Below, piece by piece: positions 63,789 through 64,000 of a stretch of 64,000 nt of DNA. The notes beneath the pieces are model-generated. The model worked only from the letters and a program-made list of their open reading frames with translations. It was not told the DNA's origin and did no database searches. This DNA comes from an uncultured Candidatus Rokubacteria bacterium (lineage in GTDB: Bacteria > Methylomirabilota > Methylomirabilia > Rokubacteriales > DASRDR01), in assembly GCA_963708025.1 (NCBI GenBank), contig CAVPSB010000013.1, positions 160,001-224,000 on the forward strand. The letters are read 5' to 3'. The stretch's first letter is position 1. Each line of letters begins with the position of its first letter. The position numbers were made by a program, and so were the translations under genes.

Positions 63789-64000
63789 AGGTAGTCCTCG
63801 AGCCGGACCCGGTCGGCGCCCGGAATCTTCTTCCGCTCGAACTCCGCCCGCCACTCGAGGGGCGCGGTGGCGTCGATGCCGAGCCGCCCCCAGTGGACCT
63901 GGTGCGGGTCGCGGGCGAACGACGGGACGTCGGGGATCTGGAAGATGTTGCGGTCGGGCCGGCAGCGGGTGGACATGGCCCAGACGACGTCCTTCAGGTC
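63785..64000 (-). CDS. UbiD family decarboxylase, C-terminal end
   Basis: DVVWAMSTRCRP, LGIDAT.P. Confidence 0.85.
   Translation of the reverse strand, partial: DLKDVVWAMSTRCRPDRNIFQIPDVPSFARDPHQVHWGRLGIDATAPLEWRAEFERKKIPGADRVRLEDYL

Overview
Very GC-rich (about 70% by eye) bacterial DNA whose gene content resembles Candidatus Rokubacteria/Methylomirabilota (inference). Many long genes carry single-base frameshifts, most likely long-read errors. The left half (~1.7-35 kb, ending at the 3' end of tRNA-Gly(CCC)) is an accessory, stress-type region: Na+/H+ antiporter, two GlsB/YeaQ proteins, fatty-acid desaturase, APC transporter, GTP-PEPCK, FtsH, a giant cyclic beta-1,2-glucan synthase, groES-groEL, a Prim-PolC/LigC/Xth repair cluster and many gene relics. 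Its most striking feature is a self-contained regulon. Two full-length GntR regulators with a YtrA-type HTH and an apparently PlmA-like C-terminus, plus a degenerate HTH-only paralog, occur with six copies of a 20-bp operator YGTA-N12-TACA. The operator overlaps the sigma70 promoter of each regulator gene and of groES-groEL, which has no CIRCE. The right half looks like core genome: CCA-adding enzyme, EutD/EutA-like catabolic genes, a RAD55/AlkZ-like/ligase/LexA repair neighbourhood with a candidate new SOS box, a TatB fused to an Ada-type Zn domain, an atypical class III cyclase beside an HD-GYP protein, a divergent cbb3 oxidase cluster, an ECF-sigma/SoxZ chimera, a NitT/TauT ABC transporter and UbiD. 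It is punctuated by two families of GC-rich intergenic repeats that carry a nested 21-bp UUCG-hairpin module. Many genes appear leaderless.
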